A DNA stretch of 64,000 nt from Chrysomallon squamiferum (GCA_012295275.1 CM022665.1:1488001-1552000); one strand, 5' to 3'. Shown: positions 39,496 through 54,490, counted from the first letter of the stretch. The notes: generated by a model not told the origin, from the letters alone. Program-made: numbers and translations.

Positions 39496-42400
39496 GAAAA
39501 TAAACTAGGCAGTTGCTGTTTTAGTTATTATCAGCTGCATTTTACAGTATTATATTTTTTCCAGAACTTTCATTTATCAACATCTTTTTTTCAGCTGTTC
39601 TGTCATGGTGTCAGTAGCAGTGAGGTGAGTACTTTTCTTAATTTGTCTTTTGAATGAGAAAGATTTGGGGCAATTAATTATTTTAATTATAATCTTTCTT
39701 TGTTTTTCAGTATTTTTTATTGCAATTCTCTTAACTCCAGGTTTACATTTGAACTTTTGTATAAAATCGGGATACAATTTCACAAAAAAATACAGAATAT
39801 TAAAAATAGTTCCAACTGAAACATAAATCAGAATTACATGACAAATAATGTTTTTTAAAAATGAAAAAGAAACTATCTTTTAATTGGTAATTATAACAAA
39901 TGTGTTTAGTTAAGTAATATTAATTAATGGGTTTCACATAAAAGTGCTTCAGAGTACTACTGGTGATGTAGATGAGAAAATTCTTCATGAAGCCTGTCTC
40001 CATTACCAGATTGGCAGTCATGTTCCATTTTGATTCAGAAAAAAGGCAGGTGATAAATATATATTTAAAATTAATAATAATAATAATAATAATAATGACT
40101 GTTAAGCAATCACTGACTGAAACAAAACAAAAAATAATAAAAAGAAAGAAATAGAAAACTATAGAATTTGAATAAGGAAAAATAATTAAGAAGAAAATAA
40201 AACATTTTTAAAAATACGTTATAAAATATGCACAAGATGAACATGTGGTTGCAATGATGGCTTGGAGTTCATGTGATGTCTTTCTCAATTTCCATTTGAA
40301 AAAAGAAAATTAAGTGATGCATAAAACATTCTTATAGCATTGTTGTCTTTCTTATTGTCTTTGTAGAGTTATTAATTGTAGCAGCTGTTTAAAAATTAAA
40401 TTACATTCATTTTTACTGAGGGGAATGAGAGAGAATTACATTTGGATGTTTGGTGTAATTTTGTATATTGAAACTGTAATATGGATATTTATATCATACA
40501 CTGCCTGTTTTTTCTTTCAGAACCGGTTCTGGATGACAACAAAAACATCTCTTTGATGACAGGTGCCAACGAAAGGGAACAAAGTCTGTACTAGTAGTAA
40601 CAGCTTGTTGTTGTTGATGATGATGCTGTTTTGTTCTGGTTATGGAAATATTTGAAACTGTCAGGCACTATGCTTTATATAACTTTATATTTTCATGATT
40701 TTTGTTTTGTACAGTAGGTGCAAAGAGAATATGCAACATTGAATATGTAACTGTTGTGTTGCAGGTACCAAAATTAAAATATCAAAACACTTTCAGACAT
40801 CTTAATCTCTTTCTCTTTATTTTCTGCGAAAGTTAAGTATTTTCAAAATGTTCACACTAGCTAATTCATCTCTGAAAGTAGTGTTTTATATGTGTTCCTT
40901 TTTACATTTCTAAATCTTCAGCCAGTTAGTACTGCACTGACAATCAAAACAATATAATATTTTTTTAAAAATCCACAATTTGAAAAGCTTACAGCATTGT
41001 TAAATGTGACATTCTAATTTCATTTTTATTTTTAAAATTCTTCATAAAATGTTTCTAACGCATTCTAAAAACCGTTCAATGTCACTTCATCTGTGGAGAG
41101 TGGTCATTTAATAAGGAAAGAGTTTCATCATGTATGTTGGATAGAGGATCCTTGTTTCCTTAATCTTTGAGTATCTGCAATTTCAAATAATTTTTGTTAA
41201 ATGGTCAAATGATAAAATTACAAAAATATGAAATGTAATCATTTATAAAGATTATTAAACCCACTGGAAATCTGTCATTGCTTGCAGCCGTTGTCTGCCC
41301 AGTTCTGATATTTTTGAGTCACATAAGGGCAGGAAGTGTGCCATCTGTGAATATCTATTGTTGATGGTTGTTAGATGAAAAGACAATATTTTTATAGCCA
41401 AATATTATCACAAGTGCCATACAGTTTTCATGTTCATGGCTGATGGTATTAAAATTATGATTACCATTGTCTGATGAATAATGTAATCCAGTATAAGAAT
41501 AGGTGAACAGTTTCCAGAACCCAAGTGGTCTTTGAGAATTCTGAAACTTTTGTTGTAGAACAAGGTTGCTGAATTTGTATGCTTGATGGTAGATGTCTGA
41601 AGTGGTTGTCATGGTAACTGTTGTTCTTGGCAAGGCTGTGTAATTTAATTTTCTTGTGTGTGCAGTTCTACTTGGGTTTGTTTCTGAACAGTGGTTTCTA
41701 CTTCATTCAGAGGCTTTTGACTTAAAGTATGAGTTTAGGAGTAATGTAAATATTATATTTAACTTTCACTTTTGCATTGTATAACTTTAAACAAATATGT
41801 TTTGTATTGAACTGAAAGCAACAAAAATACAGGATAATTAGTTAATACGCCTTAAAAGCAAAGATTAGAAAAAAGGTAGACCTTTAATAAAACAATTTAT
41901 TTATGTCAACTTAAATCTAACATTGAAAAATGACTCTTCTGAAAAACTGTACAATTCTAATCAATGATCCCAGAATCATTTCCAGAAGATTCATAAATGC
42001 ACATTTTGTAAATATCCATTCTTTGTTTAATCACTGATCAGATGGTTCTGCCAACTTCGACATCTCTTAACACAATTACATCATGAACTGTATAATGTTT
42101 TGAGTCTTCTGTCAGTGTGTTGCTTCTCTCTAATATATCTGATAAATTTAACATGCACTTCTGTATGTAATTCATTATTATTATTTTTATTTGTTTTTAT
42201 TTTGTTACTGTCCACAAACATAGTATTGGTATTTTATTACTATTTGAAGATGTTATTTTCTCTTTGATGAAATGACAGCCAGAAAAATCTTGTTTGTCAA
42301 AATCGTTAATTGATGTAAATCATTCCTGTTGTCTTTCATAAAATTCTTCTCCTTCCACTGATAACTCTAAATATGTGGTGTTCTACTTTATCCCTGACAT

Positions 42401-42849
42401 TTCATAAAGTGGACATATTTGATAATTATTTTAACAATAATTTTAGTCATTTGTTTTTTTTCTAGGTGAATTTCAGAGCTAGAATTGTTTTCAGTAATTT
42501 CTTGTGAGAAGTAGCCCTGTGAAAACATATTTAATGGAAAAGGTGATATGATAATAAACAAGGGAATGGGAAAATGTTCATGCAGATTTTTGTTATGAAC
42601 ACTTTCCCTATATGCACTACCTCATAGAAAATTTAAGACTGGCATTCAAAGCAATCATAGCGAAATTTCATATGTTTGTTAAAATTGAGACTATAAAACA
42701 ATACACATTCATTCATCTGGTTTTTTTTTTAAAGTAATTTCATTATTGATTGGCATCTGAAACAGTAAAAAAGAATAAAATCTCGTTTCTCATATATTTT
42801 CCAGTTTATAGCATAACATCTGAAATTTAATCTTTTCGAAATTTCAGCA

Positions 42850-43080
42850 CATCAATGTTCCCAGTTAATAAAAAAAAACTGAATTAAGACTGTTCCAAGT
42901 TTCAGTTTGTAAGTTCCCTATTAATAAGGAAATTGAATTTCAACCATTCAGAATTTCAGTTCTTCAATGTTCCCTATTAATCAGAAAACAGAATTTAAAC
43001 TTCAATATTTAAAATCAGAATTTGAACCAATTTGTCAGTGTTTTTTGATTAGTAAGAAATGTGAATTACTACTGTTCCAC
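42850..43080. repeat. Degenerate tandem repeat of about 55-60 bp, about 4 copies
   Basis: Recurrent (aat)gttccc(t/a)attaat..gaaa..gaatt...ttca units. Confidence 0.6.
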
Positions 43081-43184
43081 TCACTCTTCCTCATTTTAAT
43101 CAAGAAGTTTAGCTAATCCAAAAGCTGTGGTCTTCACCTGATTCGGGGTTTGTGCTGTAAATAGGTAAAAAAATAAAATAAATA

Positions 43185-43225
<41 letters not shown>

Positions 43226-43859
43226 GTATTAGTATTAGTATTATTATTGGTGTTACTTGTCCAAGGAGTAGATATCCTAGGGTTTGGTTGTCCAGGGCAG
43301 ATATTACCAACTTCATATAAATATTTTACAAATAAATATCTGCATTCTATTACTATCATCACCGTCATCATCATTGCCTCTTTTACATCATCATCACTGC
43401 TGTCTTCTACATTATCATCATCATCATCATCATCATGGCATCTTTTACATCATCATCATCATCACTGCCATTTTCTACATCAACATCGTCATCATCACCA
43501 TTATTATTATTACTATGAACATAAGAATAAAAACTTTTTGAAACAGTTAAATTCAGCCATAGCAGCAGAATAAAATATATAATAGAATAGTAAAATATAT
43601 AGTAGAATATATAGATGAATAAATATTTCTATTTTTGATCAGCAGAATACAACAAATAACATGGATACCAGCTGAAGGAAAACTAATACACCTAGAGTGA
43701 TGTTGTAAGGCTTCAAATATTGCTCATATCCTAGTAGAAGACAAAATTCTATTAGCAAATAAGTTTTTCCAAAATAGAGAAGTAAATATACGACTGATAA
43801 CAGACTGACTGTTAATGTGTCCAGCTGGAAAATTTCGTCCGACTTTCCTGACTCTGAGA

Positions 43860-44020
43860 CGTGGCAATTTCCATTTCTTGTGGTGTGCACGAAGATGGTG
43901 AATCTTTCAGAGCAAACTGGACAATTTATTCTGCTTCACGACCACCTCAACAAACAGCTGAAAAAAACACCTCATGTAAACACGAGTCTTCATGACATTT
44001 ATCTAAAAGGTCTTCTAAAA
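43860..44020 (-). pseudogene. Decayed C3HC4 RING finger (TOPORS/ICP0-like)
   Basis: LEDLLDKCHEDSCLHE/(frameshift)FSCLLRWS*SRINCPVCSERFTIFVH; the first CxxC is lost, with one stop and one frameshift. Confidence 0.65.
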
Positions 44021-44044
44021 TTCTTCTGACTTATCTAATTCAGG

Positions 44045-44870
44045 CTTTGTGTTGATTCAGCAGTGGTGGTTGATGCTGATGTGGATTACCCTGGTATTTC
44101 TCGACGTAATGTTTCTCCAGAGAAACATTTTGAAGTTTCAGACTGTTGTGTTCCTTCATCAGTGTGGGTGATGCTGATATTGATGTCCCCGGTCTTTCTG
44201 CTCTGTGATGTTTCTCCAGAGTCACTTTTGGAAGACTTTCGAACTTTTGGAGTCTTCTTCGGGCATCCATCATCCTCTGCTTTCCGTTTCCTAGATGTTG
44301 ATGTCTCTGGTCCTCCACATGATGTTTCTCCAGAGTAACTTTCTGAAATTATAGTTTTTGTTGTTTGAACTATTTCTATTTTTATTTTATTTTTTATTGT
44401 AAAACTTTTCTATTTTTATTTTATTTTTTATTGCAGTAAACTTGATTCAGCAATGGTGGTTGATGCTGATGTTGATGACCCTGGTCTTTCTCCACGTGAT
44501 GTTTCTCCTGAGTCACATGTTGTAGTTTCAGCTGTTGTATTGATTTAGCAGTGGTGGTTGATGTTGATGTCCTTGGTCTTTCTCCACGTGATGTTTCTCC
44601 AGAGTCACTTTTGAAGTTTCAGGCTGTTGTATTGATTCAGCAGCGGTTGTTGATGCTGATGTTGATGTCCCCGGTCTTTCTGCTCTGTGATGTTTCTCCA
44701 GGGTCACTTTTGGAGTCTTCTCCGGGCATCCATCATCCTCTGCTTTCCGTTTCCTAGATGTTGATATCCCTGGTCCTCCACATGATGTTTCTCCAGAGTA
44801 ACTTTCTGAAATTATAGTTTTTGTTGTTATTTCTATTTCTATTTTATTTTTTATTGCAGTAAACATTCCA
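44045..44870 (-). repeat. Nested tandem duplication (about 470-bp unit with shorter subrepeats) with coding-like content
   Basis: 44050-44420 is nearly identical to 44520-44870; recurring tgatgtttctccagagtcac; translation includes PGTSTS and RKRKAEDDGCPEKTPKV. Confidence 0.85.
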
Positions 44871-46335
44871 TTTTTTTTTTTTTTTTTTCTTATATACATT
44901 CTATCTGTAGTTTCTTATTAAAATAAATCACACGTTACTTTTTACTCTACTGCTAGTAACAAAAGGATAAGTACTCCTGCGTTATTCGAGTTATCGGCAG
45001 AAAATTAGGTTATGCATATTCGTTTATTTTTTTATCCATCTAAAGACACTGTTTGTACCAGTAAGTCTATTTTACACATGTACACTAGTGTGAAATTTAT
45101 AAATGTATTAAAATGTTCTAAAGAAGATTCCCATTGAGCTATTGCGAGTTAGTTCTAGTTCAGAAATATGATTTACATTGAAACTAGAAAATCGGGGAGC
45201 GTCGTGGGTACGACCTCCATTTCCATATTTCTTATGTTTTATGCATCTTCAGCATCACTTTATGAAGAATAAATACATAAAATAAAAACTAATTTAACTT
45301 GTCTCGTAATATTTTATTATCCTTTAGTGGATTTTTAGAAATGTATTTTGTAGTAATTATTGTAGATATATAGCATTTGTAGTTTAGTTCCCTTTTATAT
45401 TAATAATTTAATAAAAAATGTATTATTAATTAGTTATTTCTGTCATTGTCATTATTGTAATTTTATTATTACTTTTTTATTCATTTATTTATAAATTTAT
45501 TATTAATTTATTATTGTCATTATTGTAATTTATATATCATTTTTAATATTATTTTATTATTTATTACACTTTAAAAAAAAATAAAGCATCCAATTTTTAT
45601 TCAAATAGACATAAACTGATAATTTACACAATTATTATTACTTTTCAATTTACATTAATATTGCTTGATTTGCTTGTAATACAGTTTAATATAATTTTCT
45701 AATTAATTGATATACAAGACATTAGATGTTATAATCTAATAAATATACATTATAAACTATGTAGAAATTAATATAAATATGTTTTTGTTTGTGTGTTTTT
45801 GTGTATATTAGTGTAAGTTTGTACTTGTTTAGTCAGAAACACAAATGCACATACACACATACACAAATGTGCACAAGCATGCACATGCACACACACACAC
45901 ACACAATAGTTTAAAATTTTTAATTCTGTACATATTTAAATAGATTATTACTGTTATAATTTTTGTGTCTTCCATGAAATAAATATTTGATAAAAACACT
46001 TTTTATTCCATTTAAAATTTATTTTAATTTGAAAAATTTAATATTTCATTCACTATTATTCCTTATCATTTCGTTAACTTGAAAATTTGTATTTACTTCT
46101 ATATATATATATATATATTCCTTCGTTTCCTTTTGAGTAATATTTAAGAATAAGTATAACTTTTCCAGCAACTATTATTTATATGTTGAGAATTGAGTTA
46201 AAATTCAAAATATTCTTAGACCCAATTTTATACAATTATTGCCTTCACAAAGTATACAAATCATTTCATTTTATTTTGTAATTTGTCCTGTTTTTTTGAA
46301 TGAATACACCAATTATTTATTTATTCATTTGTTAG

Positions 46336-46368
<33 letters not shown>

Positions 46369-47024
46369 TATTTATGATATTCTAAGCAACAGACCATGGA
46401 TAATAATTTTCATAACATAAGGGAAATAACTCTCTTTTGATAAAACTTTAGTTATATTGTTAAAACATATGAAATAAATAAAGAAAGCAATTACAATTTC
46501 CCACCCAAATTAAAAACAAAATCAATAATAATTAACACCCTGAAAACAATTTTATATCTCTTTTTTATTTACCAAGAAACAGTAACAATGAATTAAAAAA
46601 TCAAATTCAACAGCAAAATTGTAACAAATATAAAAATTAATTAATTAAAAATAACAAAAATATTGTAAAAAAAAAATATAATTTAACTACAGCTGTTACT
46701 AATTTATCACCTGTTTTAAATTAGTACATTGAATAATCAATTACTTTTTTTAACAGGAGCTAGTATTAAAAATTGATCTAGCAATTATACTATTCCTGTG
46801 TATCAGAAAATGTGGAATAGAGCATTAAAAAAATCATACTATGACTACAACTACAACTATTGCAACTACATCTACTTTTCCTACTGCACCTCTATTAAAA
46901 CTACATAGCTGCTATTATTATTATTACTACTGCTGCTACTACTACCTACTACAACTACAGTTATGATAACTCCTTTACCACACTACTATATTAGCTTTTA
47001 TTATCACTATCCTACAAGGTTAGC

Positions 47025-47060
<36 letters not shown>

Positions 47061-47194
47061 TACTACTACTGTTTCTAGTTGGGTTTCTTTGATACAGTAG
47101 TAGGTGTTATAATTACTACTGCTGATGCTGTTGCTACTATTACTGCTATTGCTGCAGATGTTTTTGGTGCTAATTACATCTCTGTCACAAATAA

Positions 47195-47575
47195 TAACAC
47201 AACTGTTTACTACTATAAAATACGAGAAGCTATTAACAAGTGTTATTTTCCTCCTGTGTATGTGTATAGTAACACAACTGTTTACTACTATAAAATATGA
47301 GAAGCTATTAACAAGTGTTATTTTCCTCCTGTGTACGTGTATAGTAACACAACTGTTTACTACTATAAAATACGAGAAGCTATTAACAAGTGTTATTTTC
47401 CTCCTGTGTATGTGTATAGTAACATATGTAAATATTTTCCTCCTGTGTAATAGTAACACAACTGTTTACAAAATTATTTTCCTCCTATGTATGTGTATAG
47501 AAACACAACTGTTTACTACTATAAAATAAAAGAAGCTATTAACAAGTGTTATTTTCCTCCTGTGTATGTGTATAA
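47195..47575. repeat. 75-bp minisatellite, about 4-5 copies
   Basis: taacacaactgtttactactataaaata... recurs at 47195, 47270 and 47345. Confidence 0.92.
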
Positions 47576-47769
47576 ATAAATCTCAAATATTTGCCAGCTT
47601 CTATTTTAATATTCTGTATCAAAAAATAACTTTTTACTGAATAATACAAAAATAATTTATTACCTAATGAGTTTCCACTGAAGCTCTTTAATTCAGACAT
47701 GTGTCCCTTTGTGGTATAAACAAAGACTAAAGCATTTAAACATATAAATTGATAACCAAATATTTCTGA

Positions 47770-48582
47770 ACACATTGCTGACACACACACATACACACTA
47801 TTATTAGAGTAGCAATTATCACTGTTGCAGATATACAAGCACATAATTATGTGTATAGAATGTATCACTATTGCTGATACAAACACACAGCCAATTATCA
47901 GAGAAGAAATTATTGCTGATACACTCACAGACATACACATACACTATTATCAGAGTAGCAATTGTCAATATTGTTGACCCACACACAAACACACATATTA
48001 TTATCAGAGTAGCTATTATCACTGTTACTGATACACACATACACAGTACCACACACACACTTACTATTATCAGAGTAGCAGTTATCACTATTGCTGATAC
48101 TCACACACATACACACTCATATTATTAGTAGTAGTTATGTGTGCGTTGCTGATATACTCACACTATTATCAGAGTAGCAATTATCACTATTGGTGATACC
48201 CTCACATATACAAACAGAATAGCAGTTATAACTATTGCTGATATGCACCTACTAATATCAGAGTAGCAACTATCAATATCGCTGATACACATACTATTAT
48301 CAGAGTAGCAAATATCATTATTGCTGATACACGCACAATATTATCAGAGTAGCAGTTATGACAATATACACATACTCACAGAAACACATATACTATTATC
48401 ACAAAGCAATTATCACTATTGCTGATACGCTCACACACATATCCACACACTTATACCATTATTAGTTAGTTCTATTGTTGATATACACACATACTATTGT
48501 CAGACTAGCAATTGTGTCTATTTCTGATACACACACACACACACACACACACTATTATCAGACTAGGAATTGTCACTATTGC

Positions 48583-48632
<50 letters not shown>

Positions 48633-49900
48633 TTACCAGAGTAGGAATTATCACTATTGCTGATACACTCACACATACACACATTTAAACTATTATTAGT
48701 AGTTATCTGTATTGCTGATATACACACATACTATTGTCAGAGTAGCAAATATCATTATTGCTTATACACTCACACACACAGATTATTATCAGAGTAGCAG
48801 TTATCAGTATTGCTGATACACGTACAATATTATCAGAGAAGCAGTTATAACAATATACACATACTCACTATTATCACAGAAGCAATCATCACTACTGCTG
48901 ATAAACACACACACACACTCAGAGGTGCAGTTATCCGTATGGCTGACACACACGTTATTGCTGATATACATACACACGTATACTATTATTATTAGTTATC
49001 TCTACTGATGTTACACACACATACACACTATTATCAGAGTAGCAATTGTCACTACTGGTGATACACACACACAGACACATACACACAAATACACATGCTA
49101 TTATCTGAGAAGTAATTATCACTATTGCTGATACACTGACACAGACTAGTATCTGAGTAGCAATAGTCGCTATTGCCGATACACACACAAACACACACTT
49201 ACTATTATCAGAGTAGTAGTTATCACTACTGCCGATAAACAAACATACACACAAACACACACACATACTGTTACTAGAGTAGCAGTTATCAGTATTGCTG
49301 ATACACACAGACTCAAACATACACACATACCATTATCAGAGTAGTAGTTAACACAATTGCTAATCACTCACACCCAGTATTATCACAAACAAACACACAC
49401 ACATACTATTATGAGAGTAGCAATTATGACAACTGATGATACAGACACACACACTATTATCAGAGTAGAAATAATCACTATTGCTGATACAGTTACACAC
49501 AAACTTACTATTATCAAAGTAGCAATTGTCACTGTTACTGATATACACACATAGCAGAACCACACACAGACACACTTACTATTATCAGAGTAGCAGTTAT
49601 CACTAGTATCACAAACTCATACACATACTATTATGAGAGTAGGAATTATCACTATTATCACAAACTCACACACATACTATTATGAGAGTAGCATTTATCA
49701 CAATTGATGAAACACTGACACACACACTTATCAGAGTAGAAATTATCACTATTCTGATATACACACACAGACACACACTATTATCAGAGTAGCAGTTATC
49801 ACTGTTACTGATACACACACACACACACACACTATTATCAAAGTAGCAGTTATCACTGTTACTGATACACACATTCATACTACTATCACTAGTGCTGATA
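47770..49900. repeat. Compound minisatellite: core of about 35 bp (tattatcagagtagcaattatcactattgctgatac) separated by variable (CA)n-rich linkers
   Basis: Dozens of degenerate copies visible. Confidence 0.93.
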
Positions 49901-52900
49901 CACGTGTGTGTGTGTGTGTGTGTGTTTTAAAACTGACAGCTGTATGCATCGTGCACAAATGAAGAAAAGAACATATTAAAACTTTTCAAGTGTAGTAACA
50001 CTGGGTAGAAAAGTTTAAAAATAAATCAATCAATAAATAAATCAATAAATCCTTTATAATTCATAACCATGGATGTAGACGAAAATAATATGTGTTTGTA
50101 GATAAGACTGAATATCAAATTACATTCTAATTTTTCATAATGTAAATATTATTCCAGTGTTTAAATCGAATTGTTATCATTTTATTATATTTTATCTCCT
50201 GTTATTTACTATTACTTTCTTTTACAACAAAATTTAAAACATATTTCAAGTGAATATGAATGTGTAAGAAAAATGCCTTTTGTAAACTGCGAATGTGAAA
50301 AAGGACTCAATATTTTTATTGAAATGTACGCAAACAAAAACATGTTCCTTATATCAATTCAGGTCTTTTGTTTTATGATTTACAGTCAGCGATCAAGTGG
50401 GTTAAGATAATTTACATTATCCTCACTTGAAGAAATCACAGTTGTTTTCACACGAGTGTTTACAATAATCATGTTCTGTGAAAAAGGATATATTTTTAGA
50501 GATAGGTTTGATGGTGAAGTGTGCACTTGTTTAACCAACACGAACTGTTTTTCTGTGAATACCAAGTTCAAGATTAACAACATTCTCAAATTTCTTATGT
50601 GGAAAATTTAAACTACTGTTACAGAAATGCGTTCAAAGTTTTTGGTAGAGATGTTTATTGCATTCATAACAGTTCATTCAAATTTATCTTAAAAATGCAT
50701 TAATAATGAAAAACAAGGCAATAACAGAAAATGAAAAATATTATATTTATTTTAATAAATATCAACATTATTAATTATAACATCTAAACAACAAGTGTAA
50801 GTTAAATAGATATTTCTCTGTACAGAAGACAGCAGGTACAGATCTAGGGTGTGGTGTGTTAACATATTTGTGTGATGAGAAAATATCACAAATGTTCTCT
50901 TGCTCCTGTACCATATAACACTTTCCATTTATTTTTCTCTCTCACACACTGCCTGAAATAAAAAATAAACAGTTACCAAGTAAAATTTCTCAAACAGATA
51001 GTCATAGAATTTTATGGTATTTTAAAATAATGAGAAAGAGAAACACTTCAACGAAAACAACAAAGATAAAGATCACAAAAATCTGATAAAAATATGATTT
51101 CCTTTATAAACTTTGGTCTGTGTATTTTATCAGCACATAAATATCAGTATCAGTGTGTGTGAATTAACAGTATATTTTATCATGTTATTCTGTGTATCAG
51201 AAAATTTGAACAGTGCATTAAAAAAGCATACAAACAGGATGGTAGACAATTTTCTTTAGAGCATTTTTAAAATCATTTTCTATGAAGTAGAATTGACATT
51301 CATTCATTCATTCTAAACATTCATTCTAAACATTCATTCATTTATTCGTATAGTTTGTAAAAACAATGGTTATCCAAAATTTCACAGTTATTTAAAGATA
51401 AGCTTTCATCCCTGTCCATTTCACAAAAAGAACTGACATCATTTTATGAGCACATGATAGCAATACACATAATTACAAATGAAAGAATATGTTTTTTAAT
51501 TTTTAATTTTTTTTCTCTGTTACCATTATTTTATTATTTTTTTATTTATTTATTTATTTTTTTGTTGTTATATGTGAGCCTTTCAATGTGCATCGAGGCA
51601 AAAACAAACTACTTTGTTTAAACCTAGGTATCATAATTATGCAAATACAGTTTATGAACAGGGAAAGACAATGAAAGAAAGAAAGAAAGTGAAAGAGAGA
51701 ATCAGAGATAGTGTGAGAGAAATAAAAATATTACAACATCATCACTATACCTGACTTTTGCGTCCAGTTCTGTACTTTTAACATCATCAACTTTTCTGTT
51801 AATTCTTGACACTATCACTGATTGTCCAAATATCTTAGCCTAGATAACAATAAACACATTTTTTTAATTATTCATATTAATCATTGTTAGTGTTAAAGAG
51901 CAATGTTAAAGTTGGGAGAAATATTTACAGAAAAAATTGTCAAAACAGATATTTACAGATTATATGTTTAGACATACATAGACTTAGACAGACAAGGTAG
52001 ATATATAGAGAGACAAGCAAAGTTACATAAAGTCACAGTTGAAAGACAGATGGCATGTTAGAAAGACAGACAAATATAAAACAAAAGAATACAGAGGTAC
52101 ATAGATACATTTATTCAGAAAGTAAGTTTATTTAGAGCTGGCAGATATTGGGTAGATTGTTAGGTTGATGATGTAGACAACCAGACAGACAGACAGACAG
52201 ATTATTGTAGACATACACTGGTAAATAGATATATAGTTAATAACAGATGTAACACACACACACACACACGCAGAAAGCGCGAGAGGCTGACAGATTGGGA
52301 ATAGTAGGTAAACCAAATTACATTTATATATAATTAATCAAACATTGATGATTTAAATGGAATACCTCTACTCTGTTGAAGTAATCTATAGCCTTGTCTA
52401 CAGATACAAAATCGGAAATTAGTATCCATGCTATTCCTCTGTTTGAACAAGTAACTGCATTCTGGAAAATCCAAGCAGTAGTAGTAGTGATAGTAGTAGT
52501 AGTAGTAGTAATAGTAGTAGTAGCTGTGGTAGTAGTAATTGTAGTAGTAGTAGGAGGAGGAGCAGGAACAGCAGTTGTAACAGCAATAGAAACAACAGTA
52601 GTATTTGTAATAGTAGTAGATGTAGTAGTAGTAGTAATAATAACAATAATATATTACAATAAGTCTAATAATGATAATATTAACAGTAATGGTAGTATTA
52701 ATAGTAATTGTAATAAGACAAATAAAATAATATATAAAATAATAATAATAATAATAAGAAGAAGAAGAAGAAGAAGAAGAAGAATATTAATAATAAAAAT
52801 GTTAAAATAATATTAACAATAAAAAAGTACAGAATTATAATAATATAAAATAAGATTTCTAACAATTCAAAAAGAAGAAGAAAAGAATATATAAAAATAA

Positions 52901-53001
52901 TATATTGCCACTTTAATTTATTAACAATCAAGAATTATAAAAGAAAAAACAAAACAACCAAGAACAAACAATATAATTAATCTCATTAAGACAGGGTTTT
53001 A

Positions 53002-53035
<34 letters not shown>

Positions 53036-53996
53036 TGTAGACAAAATTATCTTCACCTTCATAGGAATGATTTCCTCTGCACTTCAGTCTGCCTCCATGT
53101 CAAAGAGAGGTTCTGGTTTCTGAATACTTGCACTGCCAGACAGGTTGAATGCATACACAGCCCTTGCACGATGATCAGCTAGCTGGAGTGAAAGTGTGAT
53201 TTTAACAACTGTTTATATGTGAGAAGGAATATATTGTTCTTTACATTAAAAAGAAAGGAACGTTTTAGAAATTAATGTAAAAGTTAATATTAAAACTGGA
53301 GGCAAAAGTTGAGATATATATGTTAAGTAATGAGAAATGTTATTTCATGTTAATCATTTTATATTTATTAAGCTCTCTCGCTCCTCTCTCTTTCTCACAC
53401 ACTTAAACACACACAAACACACTACATTAATAACTATGATGACAAATTTGACAAATTTCAATAAATAAGAACCGTATAAATGTTAAAATAAAAAATAACT
53501 AAACTGTTTACCAGGATATCCTCCAAGTGCTGTCAGTTTAATCAGGAAGATAATCAGTTTCCACCAGTATTCAAGCTCTTTAACTCAGAGTTGTGTCCCT
53601 TGGTGGTATAAACAAAGACTAAGGGCAGATTCAATCTTAAATTTAAATAAAACAGGCCTGAGTATTTTGTACAAAACACTTAAACATGATAACCAAATAT
53701 TTCTTAACACATACATACACATTTCCTGAGTAGCAATTATCACTATTGCTGACATACACACACACACATACACACACTACTATCTGAGTAGTGACAATTA
53801 TCACTATTGCTGATACACACATTCACTCACATACACATGCACGGTTCTATCCCATCTTGTGGAAGTCATAAATAAATCACTAATCCCATTCACTCAAATA
53901 AGACAGTGGACTAGGCCACAGGGTTGAGTGTCGTCCAATCCTGTCAAATCCCATGTACTGGCCACAGAGGAATAACAAAACAAGTTCAATTTAACA

Positions 53997-54237
53997 TTCA
54001 AGCACTATGTTCAGAGATAGTATTATTCAAACTTCAAGCACTATGTTCAGAGATAGTATTATTCAAAGTTCAAGCACTATATTCAGAGATAGTATTATTG
54101 AAAGTTCAAGCACTATATTCAGGGATAGTATTACTCAAAGTTCAAGCACTATATTCAGGGATAGTATTACTCAAAGTTCAAGCACTATATTCAGGGATAG
54201 TATTACTCAAAGTTCAAGCACTATATTCAGGGATACT
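53997..54237. repeat. 36-bp minisatellite, about 7 copies
   Basis: Unit ttcaagcactatattcagggatagtattactcaaag. Confidence 0.95.
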
Positions 54238-54289
54238 GTGATCAATACACTATGATCAACTGAGTTACGAAGTTCAAGTTTCGCAAGGT

Positions 54290-54490
54290 GTCCAACTGCA
54301 TCGAGGTACTGGAGAAGTGTCTTGTCTCCAGCCTACAACTGTCTCTTGAGACATCCTAGCACCTCCAAACTGGATCTGAATCCTTTTGTCCCGCTCTTCC
54401 TTCTCAATTCCTTGGATGAGGTCTACAAACTTGTAGATGTTGGGTGCTGGTGGGGTAGAGATCTGTTGAGCTTTGAATGGAACCCAGCAA
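54290..54490 (-). mobile_element. MULE (Mutator-like) transposase C-terminal relic
   Basis: GFHSKLNR../PNIYKFVDLIQGIEKEERDKRIQIQFGGA matches the EGWH..LN...HPNI..F motif of animal MULE transposases; frameshifted. Confidence 0.7.

Noticed and set aside
53084-53086. In-frame TGA in the RRM exon as selenocysteine or an A-to-I recoded Trp
   Set aside because: Neighbouring exons carry several TAA/TAG/TGA stops and frameshifts, so pseudogenisation is the simpler explanation.
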